A DNA stretch of 64,000 nucleotides, from the NCBI GenBank assembly GCA_964615205.1, contig CAZTQA010000001.1:510-64509 (forward strand), read 5' to 3'. Shown in pieces: positions 26,683 to 35,339 of this stretch. The notes beneath the pieces are model-generated. The model did no database searches. It was not told where the DNA came from and worked only from the letters and a program-made list of their open reading frames with translations. The first letter of the stretch is position 1, and every line of letters starts with the position of its first letter. The DNA is from an uncultured Candidatus Saccharibacteria bacterium. GTDB taxonomy: Bacteria; Patescibacteriota; Minisyncoccia; Minisyncoccales; JAGMDC01. A program made the translations under genes and the position numbers.

Positions 26683-27054
26683 ATGGCTAAAAAGATACTT
26701 TTAATAGAAGACGAGGATCTTTTGTCAGACATGTATATAGACAAGCTGAAAAAGGCTAAGTTTAAGGTCTTTTCTGCTTTTGACGCTGAAGATGGTTTAA
26801 GATTAGCTGTAGAAGAAAAGCCGGATTTGATTATTTTAGATATTATTCTTCCTAAAAAAACAGGACTTGAATTCTTGGAAGAAATGCGCTGCAATAAAGA
26901 AACATCTTCCCTTTCAGTGGTTGTTTTATCCAATTATGACAATCCCAAAGCTCGCAAAAAAGCTCGCCAGTTAGGAGCTTTAGATTATTTAATTAAAACT
27001 GATTTTACCCCTTCAGCTTTAATAAAAAGAATTAAGCAATACATAGCTGTTTAA
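26683..27054 (+). CDS. Stand-alone response regulator receiver protein
   Basis: ORF track starts at 26647. The likelier start is MAKKILLIEDED at 26683, just after the valS stop. LIILDIILP, VVVLSN and DYLIK are receiver motifs. Confidence 0.8.
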   Translation: MAKKILLIEDEDLLSDMYIDKLKKAKFKVFSAFDAEDGLRLAVEEKPDLIILDIILPKKTGLEFLEEMRCNKETSSLSVVVLSNYDNPKARKKARQLGALDYLIKTDFTPSALIKRIKQYIAV

Positions 27055-27070
27055 AATCTGGTTCTGAATT

Positions 27071-28279
27071 ATGATTAAAGAAACAATAAAAAAATTTATT
27101 CCTGATTTTGTGCTCTCTTGGTATCACCTTTCCTTGGCTGGCTTAGGTGCTTTTTTATATCTTTTTCCAAGCAAGAAGATAAAAGTAATAGGAGTGACAG
27201 GCACTAATGGAAAATCAACTGTAATCTATTTTATTTCTGCCATTTTAGAAGAAGCCGGATTTAAAACAGCTTCCATTTCTTCCATTAAATTTAAAATCAA
27301 AGACAAGGAATGGAGAAATAATTTAAAGATGACTATGCCTGGCCGTTTTAAGCTTCAGAAATTCTTAAGGCAGGCAGTTAAATCCGGATGCGAGTATGTT
27401 CTAATAGAAGTTACTTCTGAAGGCATAAAACAGCACCGCCATCGCTTTATTGGTTTTGATACAGCTGTTTTTACCAATCTTACGCCAGAGCATATTGAAA
27501 GCCATAAAGGATTTGAAAACTACAAAAAAGCCAAAGGCCAGCTTTTTAAGGCAGCCAAAAATATTCATATTATTAACATTGAAGACAAAAACGCAAATTA
27601 TTTTTTACATTTTCCGGCCAAGAAAAAGATAACTTATGGATTATTTAAAGGCGACATTAATCTTTCCAATACTCCGGTTAAACTGGGTTTAACAGGAGAG
27701 TTCAATAAATATAATGCTTTGGCAGCTGCAGCTGTGGGCTTATCGCAGAAAATTAATTTGGAAACCTGCCAAAAAGCCATAGAAAAAATTAATTACATCC
27801 CTGGCAGAATGGAAACAGTTATTTCTTCTCCTTTTAGGGTAATAGTTGATTATGCTTTCACCCCTGCTGCTTTGGAAAAGGTTTATCAAACTTTTAAACC
27901 TGAAAACAAAAGAATGATTTGTGTTTTGGGTGCTTGCGGAGGCGGCAGAGACAAGTGGAAAAGGCCAGTTTTGGGAGAGTTGGCTGGAAAATACTGCGAT
28001 AAGGTTATTGTTACCAACGAAGATCCTTATGATGAAAATCCAATGGAAATTATAGAACAAGTAGCAAAAGGAGCAGGAGATAAAGCTGAAAAAATAGAGG
28101 ACAGGCGGGAAGCTATCAGAAAAGCGCTTCAATTAGCAGAGCCAGAAGATACGGTTATTGTTACTGGCAAGGGATGCGAACCCTGGATTTGCGTTGCCAA
28201 CGGCAAGAAGATTCCCTGGGATGATAGGGCAGTAGTGAAAGAAGAATTTGGAAAATACTGGACAGAAGGTAATAAATAG
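27071..28279 (+). CDS. Mur ligase family protein (MurE-like, lacking the usual N-terminal domain)
   Basis: P-loop VTGTNGKST, FTNLTPEHIESH, central and C-terminal Mur ligase domains (NEDPYDENP). N-terminal hydrophobic segment; only 402 aa. Confidence 0.7.
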   Translation: MIKETIKKFIPDFVLSWYHLSLAGLGAFLYLFPSKKIKVIGVTGTNGKSTVIYFISAILEEAGFKTASISSIKFKIKDKEWRNNLKMTMPGRFKLQKFLRQAVKSGCEYVLIEVTSEGIKQHRHRFIGFDTAVFTNLTPEHIESHKGFENYKKAKGQLFKAAKNIHIINIEDKNANYFLHFPAKKKITYGLFKGDINLSNTPVKLGLTGEFNKYNALAAAAVGLSQKINLETCQKAIEKINYIPGRMETVISSPFRVIVDYAFTPAALEKVYQTFKPENKRMICVLGACGGGRDKWKRPVLGELAGKYCDKVIVTNEDPYDENPMEIIEQVAKGAGDKAEKIEDRREAIRKALQLAEPEDTVIVTGKGCEPWICVANGKKIPWDDRAVVKEEFGKYWTEGNK

Positions 28280-28318
28280 TTTAGAATCAAAGAGTGTTTT
28301 GCAGAAAGAATAAATAAA

Positions 28319-28459
28319 ATGAAAAATAAAGACAAAAAGAAAATGCCTTATTCATTGAGAAAACATATACGTAGAGAAAAAGCCCGCATCCGCCGGGAAG
28401 TTTTAGATCCTAAAAAGCAAAAAGAAAAAATAGATAAACTTTACCAAAAATTTCAATGA
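28319..28459 (+). CDS. Small highly basic protein (46 aa), below the ORF-track length cutoff
   Basis: ATG at 28319 gives MKNKDKKKMPYSLRKHIRREKARIRREVLDPKKQKEKIDKLYQKFQ*. Followed by a weak hairpin plus T-run at about 28477-28498. Confidence 0.35.
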   Translation: MKNKDKKKMPYSLRKHIRREKARIRREVLDPKKQKEKIDKLYQKFQ

Positions 28460-28545
28460 ATGTATTATTCATTAATCCTGCTCTTAGCGGGGTTTTTTGT
28501 TATGAAATGTTTGAAATAATTATTTTTTCGTGTTAAATTTAAAAC

Positions 28546-29148
28546 ATGGAAGAAGAAAAGTATAAAAAGATTGTTAATTTTTTCTTTGAACTCTTACACT
28601 TAAAAAGAGTTCCTAGAAGTGGTTTGACTACCATCGGCATCAAAGACATTGATTCAGTTGCCGAGCATATTTGCGTTGCAGCCCAAATTGCCTTTATACT
28701 TGGGAAAATAGAAAAAGTCAATGCCGAAAGAGCTGCCTTAATGACGCTTTTTCACGATAATGGCGAAGCCAGGACTTTTGATATTTGTCTGTTGCAGAAA
28801 ATTTATTTAAATAACCACAATGATGCTGAGAGCGAGGCTTTTTTAGATCAAATTAATGATTTACCGGCCAAAGAGGATATTGAAGAACTGTTTCAAGAAT
28901 TTGTAGATAAGAAAACTCCAGAAGCCCAGATTGCCAGAGAAGCTGATAAATTAGAATTAGCTCTCCAAGCAAAACTTTATATCAATCAAGGGCATAAAGA
29001 TGCTCAACTTTGGATTGATAATTTAAGGCCGGTGATAAAAAGTGATTCAGGAAAAAAACTTTTAGAGATAATTGAAAAATGCAATTCCAATGATTGGTGG
29101 AGGACAATCCCGGAAATAGAAGAAAGAATAAATAAATTAGAAAAATAA
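28546..29148 (+). CDS. HD-domain phosphohydrolase (YfbR-like 5'-nucleotidase family)
   Basis: SVAEH...LFHDNGEA...EADKLE is the metal-binding pattern H..HD..D. Confidence 0.7.
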   Translation: MEEEKYKKIVNFFFELLHLKRVPRSGLTTIGIKDIDSVAEHICVAAQIAFILGKIEKVNAERAALMTLFHDNGEARTFDICLLQKIYLNNHNDAESEAFLDQINDLPAKEDIEELFQEFVDKKTPEAQIAREADKLELALQAKLYINQGHKDAQLWIDNLRPVIKSDSGKKLLEIIEKCNSNDWWRTIPEIEERINKLEK

Positions 29149-29149
29149 T

Positions 29150-29923
29150 ATGTTAAGTAAAAAGCAAAAATATTTGCAGATTGCCCTGAACAGTGATTTA
29201 AGTGAGGCTAAGAGCATTATTAGCCAGATTCCGCTTGACCAAAGAATTATCATTGAAGCCGGCACTCCTTTAATAAAAGCTTCTGGCGTCAGGGGGATAC
29301 GAAGCATAAGACAATGGTGGGAGCAGAGAATTTTTGGGATGCAATATTTTAATCCGCAATATAGAGGATTAGTCAATCCTTTATTCGTAAAAGCAATAGA
29401 GAAAAAAAATCTTGAAACAGTTAGAGAAAAAAAAGAAAACTTTTTCTCGCCTTACATCGTAGCTGATTTAAAATGTATGGACAGGGGATTAAGAGAAGTA
29501 GAAATCGCCAAGGAAGGAGGAGCAAATGCAGCTACTGCCTTAGGCCATGCTCCTATTGAGACATTAGATTCTTTTATTGAAAAATGTGGAGAATATGAGC
29601 TTGACTCTATGATTGATATGATGAATGTTGATTTTCCCTTGAATATTCTGCGACAACTAAAAGAACTACCTAAGGTAGTAGTTCTTCATCGTGGAGTAGA
29701 CCAAGAAGCTTTTAATCCGGAAAGTGAAATTCCTTTTCATGAAATAACTAGGATTAAAAACGAATACGATATTTTAATTGCTGTGGCTGGTGGAGATGAT
29801 TTTCAGGAAGTTCAAAGAGCGATTTTCAATGATGCAGATATTGTAGTGGTTTGGAAATCATTTTATGAAAGCACAAAAGAGACCGCCAAATTGGCCGAGC
29901 AATTTTTAAAAGAGATTAGATAA
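29150..29923 (+). CDS. OMP decarboxylase / 3-hexulose-6-phosphate synthase-family (KGPDC-like) protein
   Basis: YLQIALN, IIEAGTPLIK, VADLKCMD and IAVAGG are colinear with HPS/KGPDC motifs. Carries an extra segment of about 35 aa after the first beta-alpha unit. Confidence 0.5.
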   Translation: MLSKKQKYLQIALNSDLSEAKSIISQIPLDQRIIIEAGTPLIKASGVRGIRSIRQWWEQRIFGMQYFNPQYRGLVNPLFVKAIEKKNLETVREKKENFFSPYIVADLKCMDRGLREVEIAKEGGANAATALGHAPIETLDSFIEKCGEYELDSMIDMMNVDFPLNILRQLKELPKVVVLHRGVDQEAFNPESEIPFHEITRIKNEYDILIAVAGGDDFQEVQRAIFNDADIVVVWKSFYESTKETAKLAEQFLKEIR

Positions 29924-29925
29924 TA

Positions 29926-30693
29926 TTATTCGCTTTGTTTTTTACGGGAAGACATTAACGACTTCAGTCCTTCCATCACCTCTACTGGCAAAGCAAAAAT
30001 AATTGTTTTAGAAGGATCAGGCTGAAGCTTGTCTATTGTTTCCAGAGTCCTTAAAGACATTCCTCCAGGCGTAACCCCCAGTATTTGGGCGGCTTTTTGA
30101 AGATTTTCAGCTGCTTTAACTTCTCCCTCGGCCTTAATAATAATAGCCCTCTTTTCTCTTTCGGTTTCAGCCTGGGCGGCCATTGCTCTTTTCATGCCAG
30201 CTGGAAGTTCAATATCCTGCATTTTTATAGCTGTGACATCAATTCCCCAAGGATCAGTTTCGGCATCAACCACTTTTTTAATCTCTGTAGCGATGCTTTC
30301 CCTTTCCGTTAACAGAATATCAAGCTCAACTCCTCCAACAATATCTCTCATTGCTGCTAAGGCGTATTGAGAAACAGCATAGCGGTAATTTTCAACTTTT
30401 AAAACAGCATCTTCTGCTTTTTCTACTTTGAAATAAACGACAGCATTAATGCCTACTGGAACATTGTCTTTGGTGATGGCTTCCTGTCTGGGAATATCAA
30501 CTGTAGTGATTCTCATATCAACTTTTATCATTCTCTGAATGCCTATGAAAATCCAGCGCAGGCCTGGCATATAAGTTCCGGTATATTTTCCCAAAGTAAG
30601 AATAACTCCTCTTTCATATTGATTGATAACTCTTAATCCGCCTAATCCGAAAACAACTAAAATGATTATTATAACTATAGTTATCGGCTCCAT
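29926..30693 (-). CDS. SPFH/band 7 (stomatin/prohibitin-like) membrane protein
   Basis: N-terminal TM, then RVINQYERGVILTLGKY, TKDNVPV, Ala/Glu-rich coiled segment RAMAAQAETEREKRA. Confidence 0.9.
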   Translation of the reverse strand: MEPITIVIIIILVVFGLGGLRVINQYERGVILTLGKYTGTYMPGLRWIFIGIQRMIKVDMRITTVDIPRQEAITKDNVPVGINAVVYFKVEKAEDAVLKVENYRYAVSQYALAAMRDIVGGVELDILLTERESIATEIKKVVDAETDPWGIDVTAIKMQDIELPAGMKRAMAAQAETEREKRAIIIKAEGEVKAAENLQKAAQILGVTPGGMSLRTLETIDKLQPDPSKTIIFALPVEVMEGLKSLMSSRKKQSE

Positions 30694-30709
30694 ATTTTTA
30701 AATTAGTTT

Positions 30710-32290
30710 TTAGCGACCTTGTTCTAAATATTTTATCATATATGTGTTTTTGAGTCCATATCCTAATTTGCGGTAGTATCCGCGAACTCCCACTCCGGAA
30801 ATAACAGCGATTTTTTTTACTTTGAATTCTTTTTGAGTAATTCTTTCAGCTTCTTTCATCAATTTTTTGCCCAATCCCTTGTGCTGGGGGGAAAGTGATT
30901 TTTGAGCTACAGCTGCCATTTGTCCAAAGGTATGCAATTCCCGAATCATGGCCGGGTAAAGGCCTTTTTCTTTCTGTATTCTTAGACGAAGCATGCTGTA
31001 AAGCTTAGTTCTTTGTTTATTCTCATAGCTTAGAAATATTTCTCTGCCTTGGGAGGCATTGTAATCTTGGCGGAAAAGATGAACTTTTTCTTGAGGATCA
31101 TATCTTTCTCTTATTTCTCGGCATCTTATGCAATGACAGGTTTTACCTCTTTGAGCCATTTTTTTCTGGATAACCTGTCTTATATTGGAAATCTTGCTTC
31201 CGGCTTCAATTTTTTCTGCTGGGATATCGCGAAAAAGTCTGGCCATACGCACCCAATAGGGAAGAATTTCTTTTATTTTTATCAAAAGTTCAATTAACTC
31301 TTTGTCAGTATGGGGCTGATATTCGCCTTGTTTCCAGAGTTGATAAAGTTTGGTGTTTTTACAAACCAAGCAAGGGTAAATTTTAAGCCAGTCTGGTTTA
31401 AAGTCCGGGTTAGCAAATATTTCTTTTGCCATTAGGAAATCTTTTTTCAAGTCAGAACCGGGCAGATTAGGCATAATTTGATACATTATTTTAAAACCAG
31501 CATTTTTTAAGAATTCAGTGGCTTGAATAGTTTTTTCAAGCGTATGTCCCCTTTGGCAAAACTTTAATATTTCGTCGTAAATAGTTTGTACCCCAAGCTC
31601 CACTAAAGTTACGCCTAATTTTCTTAAATAGAGAATTTCTTTTTTATCAATTAAATCCGGCCTGGTTTCAACAGAAATTCCTACTATCCTGTGTTTGGCT
31701 TTTTCGTTTTTCTTTTGTTCTTTTTCTAAATTAAGTTTGATTTTTGTTTTTTTGGAAAAATCATTTGCCGCTCGAAAGCATTCTTTTACAAACCATTCCT
31801 GGTATTTTTTAGGATAATTACTAAAGCTGGCTCCAATAATTCTTAATTCAATCTTATCAGTAGGATGGCCCTGGATTTCCAAACTTTTAATTCTATCTTT
31901 TACCTGAAGATAAGGGTTAAATTTGTTTCTCTTGGCTCTTTCTACTGCTGGTTCACCGGAAAGATAACTTTTTGGCAGACCTTTTTCCTCTGGACAGTAA
32001 ATACATTTTTCTGGGCAGGGATATGGCTTGGTTAAAACAGAAACAACTACTACGCCGGACAAGCTTCTTATTTTTCTTTTTCTTAGAATTTGTTCTAAAA
32101 GAGGATTCTTCTGGATAGTTTTGTTTTTAACTAATTTATGGTAAACTTGTATTAATTCAACATTGGAAGGAGAACTAATCTTATGCTTTTTAGCTGTTTC
32201 TCTTTTAATCTTAGCCAAACTTTCCAGAGTTTTTTCTCTGTTTGTCATAAACTTTTCGATTATCTCTTCATAAATATCCATCACTATCAT
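30710..32290 (-). CDS. elp3: Elp3-like radical SAM + GNAT acetyltransferase (tRNA U34 modification family)
   Basis: Radical SAM cluster motif CPEKCIYC, central Elp3 domain, C-terminal GNAT motif QHKGLGKKLMKEAE. Confidence 0.8.
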   Translation of the reverse strand: MIVMDIYEEIIEKFMTNREKTLESLAKIKRETAKKHKISSPSNVELIQVYHKLVKNKTIQKNPLLEQILRKRKIRSLSGVVVVSVLTKPYPCPEKCIYCPEEKGLPKSYLSGEPAVERAKRNKFNPYLQVKDRIKSLEIQGHPTDKIELRIIGASFSNYPKKYQEWFVKECFRAANDFSKKTKIKLNLEKEQKKNEKAKHRIVGISVETRPDLIDKKEILYLRKLGVTLVELGVQTIYDEILKFCQRGHTLEKTIQATEFLKNAGFKIMYQIMPNLPGSDLKKDFLMAKEIFANPDFKPDWLKIYPCLVCKNTKLYQLWKQGEYQPHTDKELIELLIKIKEILPYWVRMARLFRDIPAEKIEAGSKISNIRQVIQKKMAQRGKTCHCIRCREIRERYDPQEKVHLFRQDYNASQGREIFLSYENKQRTKLYSMLRLRIQKEKGLYPAMIRELHTFGQMAAVAQKSLSPQHKGLGKKLMKEAERITQKEFKVKKIAVISGVGVRGYYRKLGYGLKNTYMIKYLEQGR

Positions 32291-32302
32291 ATTAGCTTAT
32301 TT

Positions 32303-32374
32303 GTCCTTGTGGTTCAACGGATAGGGCGCAACCCTCCGGAGGTTGAGATGCAGGTTCGATTCCTGCCAAGGACA
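32303..32374 (+). tRNA. tRNA-Arg (anticodon CCG)
   Basis: GTCCTTGTGGTTCAACGGATAGGGCGCAACCCTCCGGAGGTTGAGATGCAGGTTCGATTCCTGCCAAGGACA. Acceptor GTCCTTG/CAAGGAC, anticodon stem CAACC/GGTTG with loop CTCCGGA, T-arm GCAGG-TTCGATT-CCTGC. Confidence 0.85.
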
Positions 32375-32428
32375 CATTCGGTTCAAAAGACCTTATTCTT
32401 ATGTTTATAATGTGATATTATTAGAGTA

Positions 32429-32968
32429 ATGGTATTAGGAATAAAGGAATTATTAAAATTAGTAAAGGAGAAAAAATTAGTAGAGAATCTTTCAAAAAGG
32501 GAATTAACTAATCCAGAAGGAGCAGGTTTTGATTTTCGAATAGGTGAAATTTATGAAATTTCTGGAAAAGGTTTTCTGGGTATAGAAGAGAGAAAAACGC
32601 CAAAAACAAAATTGCTAGCCAAGTACAATTCTAGAAAGGAGAAAAGTTTTATTTTTAAAACAGGTGAATATTACTTAATGAAGACAATTGAGAGGGTTAA
32701 CTTGCCAGAGAATATTCTGCTTTTACTGAAACAAAGATCAACACTTCATAGGTCAGGAATGATGATTTTTAGCGCTAATGTCTCGCCTGGTTATAAAGGA
32801 GAATTAACTTTTGGTATTATAAATTTAGGACCTGCTGAAGTAGAAATTGAACTTGGGGCAAGAGTTGTTTACGCAATGTTTTTTGAAGTAAAGGGAAAAA
32901 CTAATTTATATCGCGGCCAATGGCAAGGTGGTCGAGTTTCAACCCAAAAAAGAGAAAAACAAGTTTAA
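32429..32968 (+). CDS. dCTP deaminase/dUTPase superfamily protein
   Basis: RSTLHRSGMMIF and VSPGYKGELTFGIINLG resemble the dUTPase/Dcd beta-barrel motifs. The usual Asp before PG/SG appears to be replaced by Ser. Confidence 0.6.
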   Translation: MVLGIKELLKLVKEKKLVENLSKRELTNPEGAGFDFRIGEIYEISGKGFLGIEERKTPKTKLLAKYNSRKEKSFIFKTGEYYLMKTIERVNLPENILLLLKQRSTLHRSGMMIFSANVSPGYKGELTFGIINLGPAEVEIELGARVVYAMFFEVKGKTNLYRGQWQGGRVSTQKREKQV

Positions 32969-33058
32969 AAATGTCAGTAAATTTAGCTTAAAAATAAAAA
33001 TTATTGACAAATTTGTTAAAAGTTATAAGAATAGAAAGAGAACAAGAGGTGTCAGAGT

Positions 33059-33286
33059 ATGATAAAGATAGATGAAGATATAACCTGGATGATGTCTTTG
33101 ATAGCTTCTTTCTTCCTAGTATTAGTAATAGCAAACCCTGTTTATTTTTGTGCCGAGCGAATCCCTGGGACAGTCTTAGGTGGTTTCATGGCAACTATAA
33201 CATTAAATCGTTTTCTTTCTAGTAATAAACAGGGTGCTTTTAAAGATATTCAACATCAAGGGGTAGCGCCCTCTTTTTTTTATTGA
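33059..33286 (+). CDS. Small hydrophobic hypothetical protein
   Basis: 75-aa ORF with a TM helix (LIASFFLVLVIANPVYF), preceded by TTGACA near 33006 and AGAGGTG as a possible SD. No family recognised. Confidence 0.3.
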   Translation: MIKIDEDITWMMSLIASFFLVLVIANPVYFCAERIPGTVLGGFMATITLNRFLSSNKQGAFKDIQHQGVAPSFFY

Positions 33287-33318
33287 AAAAATAGGGGATT
33301 TGTGATGTAATAGGAAAT

Positions 33319-33906
33319 ATGAAAGCAAGCGTTTTGTTTAGCGGAGGAAAAGATTCAGCTTTAGCGGCTGTGATGCTTCTAAGGTTTTTTGAAGTGGAAT
33401 TGGTTACTTGTACTTTTGGAGCAATGGACAACTGGAAAAAGGCTCAAGAAGCAGCTCAAAAAATGAATATGCCTTTCAGATTGATGAAATTAGACAGAGA
33501 AATTTTAGGTCAGGCAGTAGAAATGACTCTTAAAGATAATTTTCCTTCCAATGCTATAAAATATATTCATCAGAAAGCTTTGGAGAAATTAGCCCAAGAA
33601 TCAAAAATAATTGCTGATGGAGTAAGGAGGGATGACAGAACCCCGGTTCTGTCATTGGGAGAAATAAAAAGCTTGGAGGATAAGTTTAATATCCATTATA
33701 TCCAGCCCTTGTCCGGATACAGCCGGAAAACAATAAACATTTTAGTAGAAAAATTATTTAAGATCAAAGAATACAAAAGCACTGATGAGATTGGAGCAGA
33801 ATATGAGTTTGAACTGCGCAATCAGATTAAAAAGAAGAACATTTTTCCTCTAGAGCATACTCAAACAATAATATTGGAAATAAAAGAAAAATCTGCTAAG
33901 ATATAG
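33319..33906 (+). CDS. PP-loop (adenine nucleotide alpha-hydrolase superfamily) ATPase, MJ0570/Dph6-like
   Basis: N-terminal SGGKDS PP-loop motif (MKASVLFSGGKDSALAA); 195 aa. Confidence 0.55.
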   Translation: MKASVLFSGGKDSALAAVMLLRFFEVELVTCTFGAMDNWKKAQEAAQKMNMPFRLMKLDREILGQAVEMTLKDNFPSNAIKYIHQKALEKLAQESKIIADGVRRDDRTPVLSLGEIKSLEDKFNIHYIQPLSGYSRKTINILVEKLFKIKEYKSTDEIGAEYEFELRNQIKKKNIFPLEHTQTIILEIKEKSAKI

Positions 33907-33908
33907 AT

Positions 33909-34469
33909 ATGGCTAAAAAGAAATATAGAATTGCTGTTTCCGGTGCAGCTGAAATAAAACACTGCTGTCCAGAAATAGAAAAATTAGCTAAAAAAATAGG
34001 CAAGGAAATTGCCAGGCAAGGTTGCATTTTAGTTACCGGCGCGACAACCGGCGTACCTTATTTAGTGGCTAAAGCAGCTGATCCAGATTGTACTAGTATC
34101 GGCTTTTCGCCAGCTGCTTCAGAATTAGCTCATAAAAAATCTTACAGGCTGCCGACTGATGCTTTTGATGTTATGGTTTATACTGGTTTTGATTATGCTG
34201 GCAGAAATCTTTTGATGACCAGGGCAGCTGATGGTGTTATTATAATCTGTGGTCGTATGGGAACCTTGAACGAGTTTACTATTGCCTTTGAAGATCAAAA
34301 ACCCATTGGTGTTTTAGAGGGAAGCGGAGGAACAGCTGATATTATCAGAGATTTAACAAAATTTCCTCATCGTCGAGGAAAATTCCCGCTTATTTTTGAT
34401 AAAGATCCAGAGAGGTTAGTTCGAAAATTGATTAAATTAATAGATAATTCAAAAAGGTCGAAAAAATAG
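33909..34469 (+). CDS. LOG/TIGR00725-like Rossmann-fold nucleotide-binding protein
   Basis: IAVSGAA...LVTGATTGVP...GVIIICGRMGTLNEFT...GSGGTAD, typical of the LOG/DprA-like SLOG family. Confidence 0.55.
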   Translation: MAKKKYRIAVSGAAEIKHCCPEIEKLAKKIGKEIARQGCILVTGATTGVPYLVAKAADPDCTSIGFSPAASELAHKKSYRLPTDAFDVMVYTGFDYAGRNLLMTRAADGVIIICGRMGTLNEFTIAFEDQKPIGVLEGSGGTADIIRDLTKFPHRRGKFPLIFDKDPERLVRKLIKLIDNSKRSKK

Positions 34470-34488
34470 TATTAAATAATTTTAAAAT

Positions 34489-34761
34489 ATGCCTCAAAAA
34501 AACTCTGCAGAACAAGGAAAATTAGTAGGCGAAGTTACCCATTTTTTCGGAAACATAGGAGTAGCTGTAATTAAACTCTCTGCTCCTCTTAAAGTTGGAG
34601 ACGAAATAAGAATTGTTGGCGGCGAGGAAACTGATTTTAATCAAACCGTGGACTCAATGGAGGTTGAGCATAAAAAGATTAAGTCAGCTAAAAAAGGAGA
34701 TGAAGTTGGAATGAAGGCTAAGGAGAAAGTCAGGGAAGGTTACAAAGTATATAAAATTTAA
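34489..34761 (+). CDS. Small EF-Tu-domain-2-like beta-barrel protein (hypothetical)
   Basis: GEVTHFFGNIGVAVIKLSAPLKVGDEIRIVG resembles the so-called translation elongation factor-like small proteins. Weak call. Confidence 0.35.
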   Translation: MPQKNSAEQGKLVGEVTHFFGNIGVAVIKLSAPLKVGDEIRIVGGEETDFNQTVDSMEVEHKKIKSAKKGDEVGMKAKEKVREGYKVYKI

Positions 34762-34776
34762 ATAGACAGTTTTAAA

Positions 34777-35061
34777 ATGAATAAAATGGTCAGACTCCAC
34801 TTATTTGTTAGTGGCAGGGTTCAGGGTGTTTTTTTTAGGCAAAGCACCAAGGAAAAAGCCCGGAAATTAAACCTTAATGGCTGGGTAAAAAATTTAAAAG
34901 ATGGAAAAGTAGAAATTGTTTCCGAAGGAGAGAAAGAAAAAAATAAAAAATTACTTGATTGGGTTAGAAAGAGCGGTCCTCTTCTGGCCCGGGTAGATAA
35001 TGTAGAAATAAAAGAAGAGGATTCTAAGAACGAGTTTAAATCTTTTGATATTCTTTATTAA
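34777..35061 (+). CDS. acyP: Acylphosphatase
   Basis: VSGRVQGVFFRQSTKEKARKLNLNGWVKNLKDGKVEIVSEG matches the acylphosphatase signature VxGxVQGVxFR...GWVxN. Confidence 0.85.
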   Translation: MNKMVRLHLFVSGRVQGVFFRQSTKEKARKLNLNGWVKNLKDGKVEIVSEGEKEKNKKLLDWVRKSGPLLARVDNVEIKEEDSKNEFKSFDILY

Positions 35062-35062
35062 T

Positions 35063-35338
35063 ATGTCAGTTTTTCAAATCATTTTCATATACGGGTTAAT
35101 TTTTTTAGGTTCCTTCTTATTTGCTTTAAGATATAAAGACCGTTTAGCCAAGCATGACGGAAATTTTCCTGAAACCCTAGTTAAAAGCTTTGTTATTTTT
35201 GTTTATATAGGAGGTATTTTTAGTATTTCATTTCTTTCACCTTTTTTAATATCTCAAGCAGGTGAGATTCAAACCATCGCTCAATCAATAGATTATTCTG
35301 CCTTGATTGCTTCAATAGCAGGTAATCTGGGTATTTAA
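35063..35338 (+). CDS. Small membrane protein (hypothetical)
   Basis: ORF track gives 35045..35338. The likelier start is MSVFQIIFIYG. Two to three hydrophobic helices. Confidence 0.4.
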   Translation: MSVFQIIFIYGLIFLGSFLFALRYKDRLAKHDGNFPETLVKSFVIFVYIGGIFSISFLSPFLISQAGEIQTIAQSIDYSALIASIAGNLGI

Positions 35339-35339
35339 T

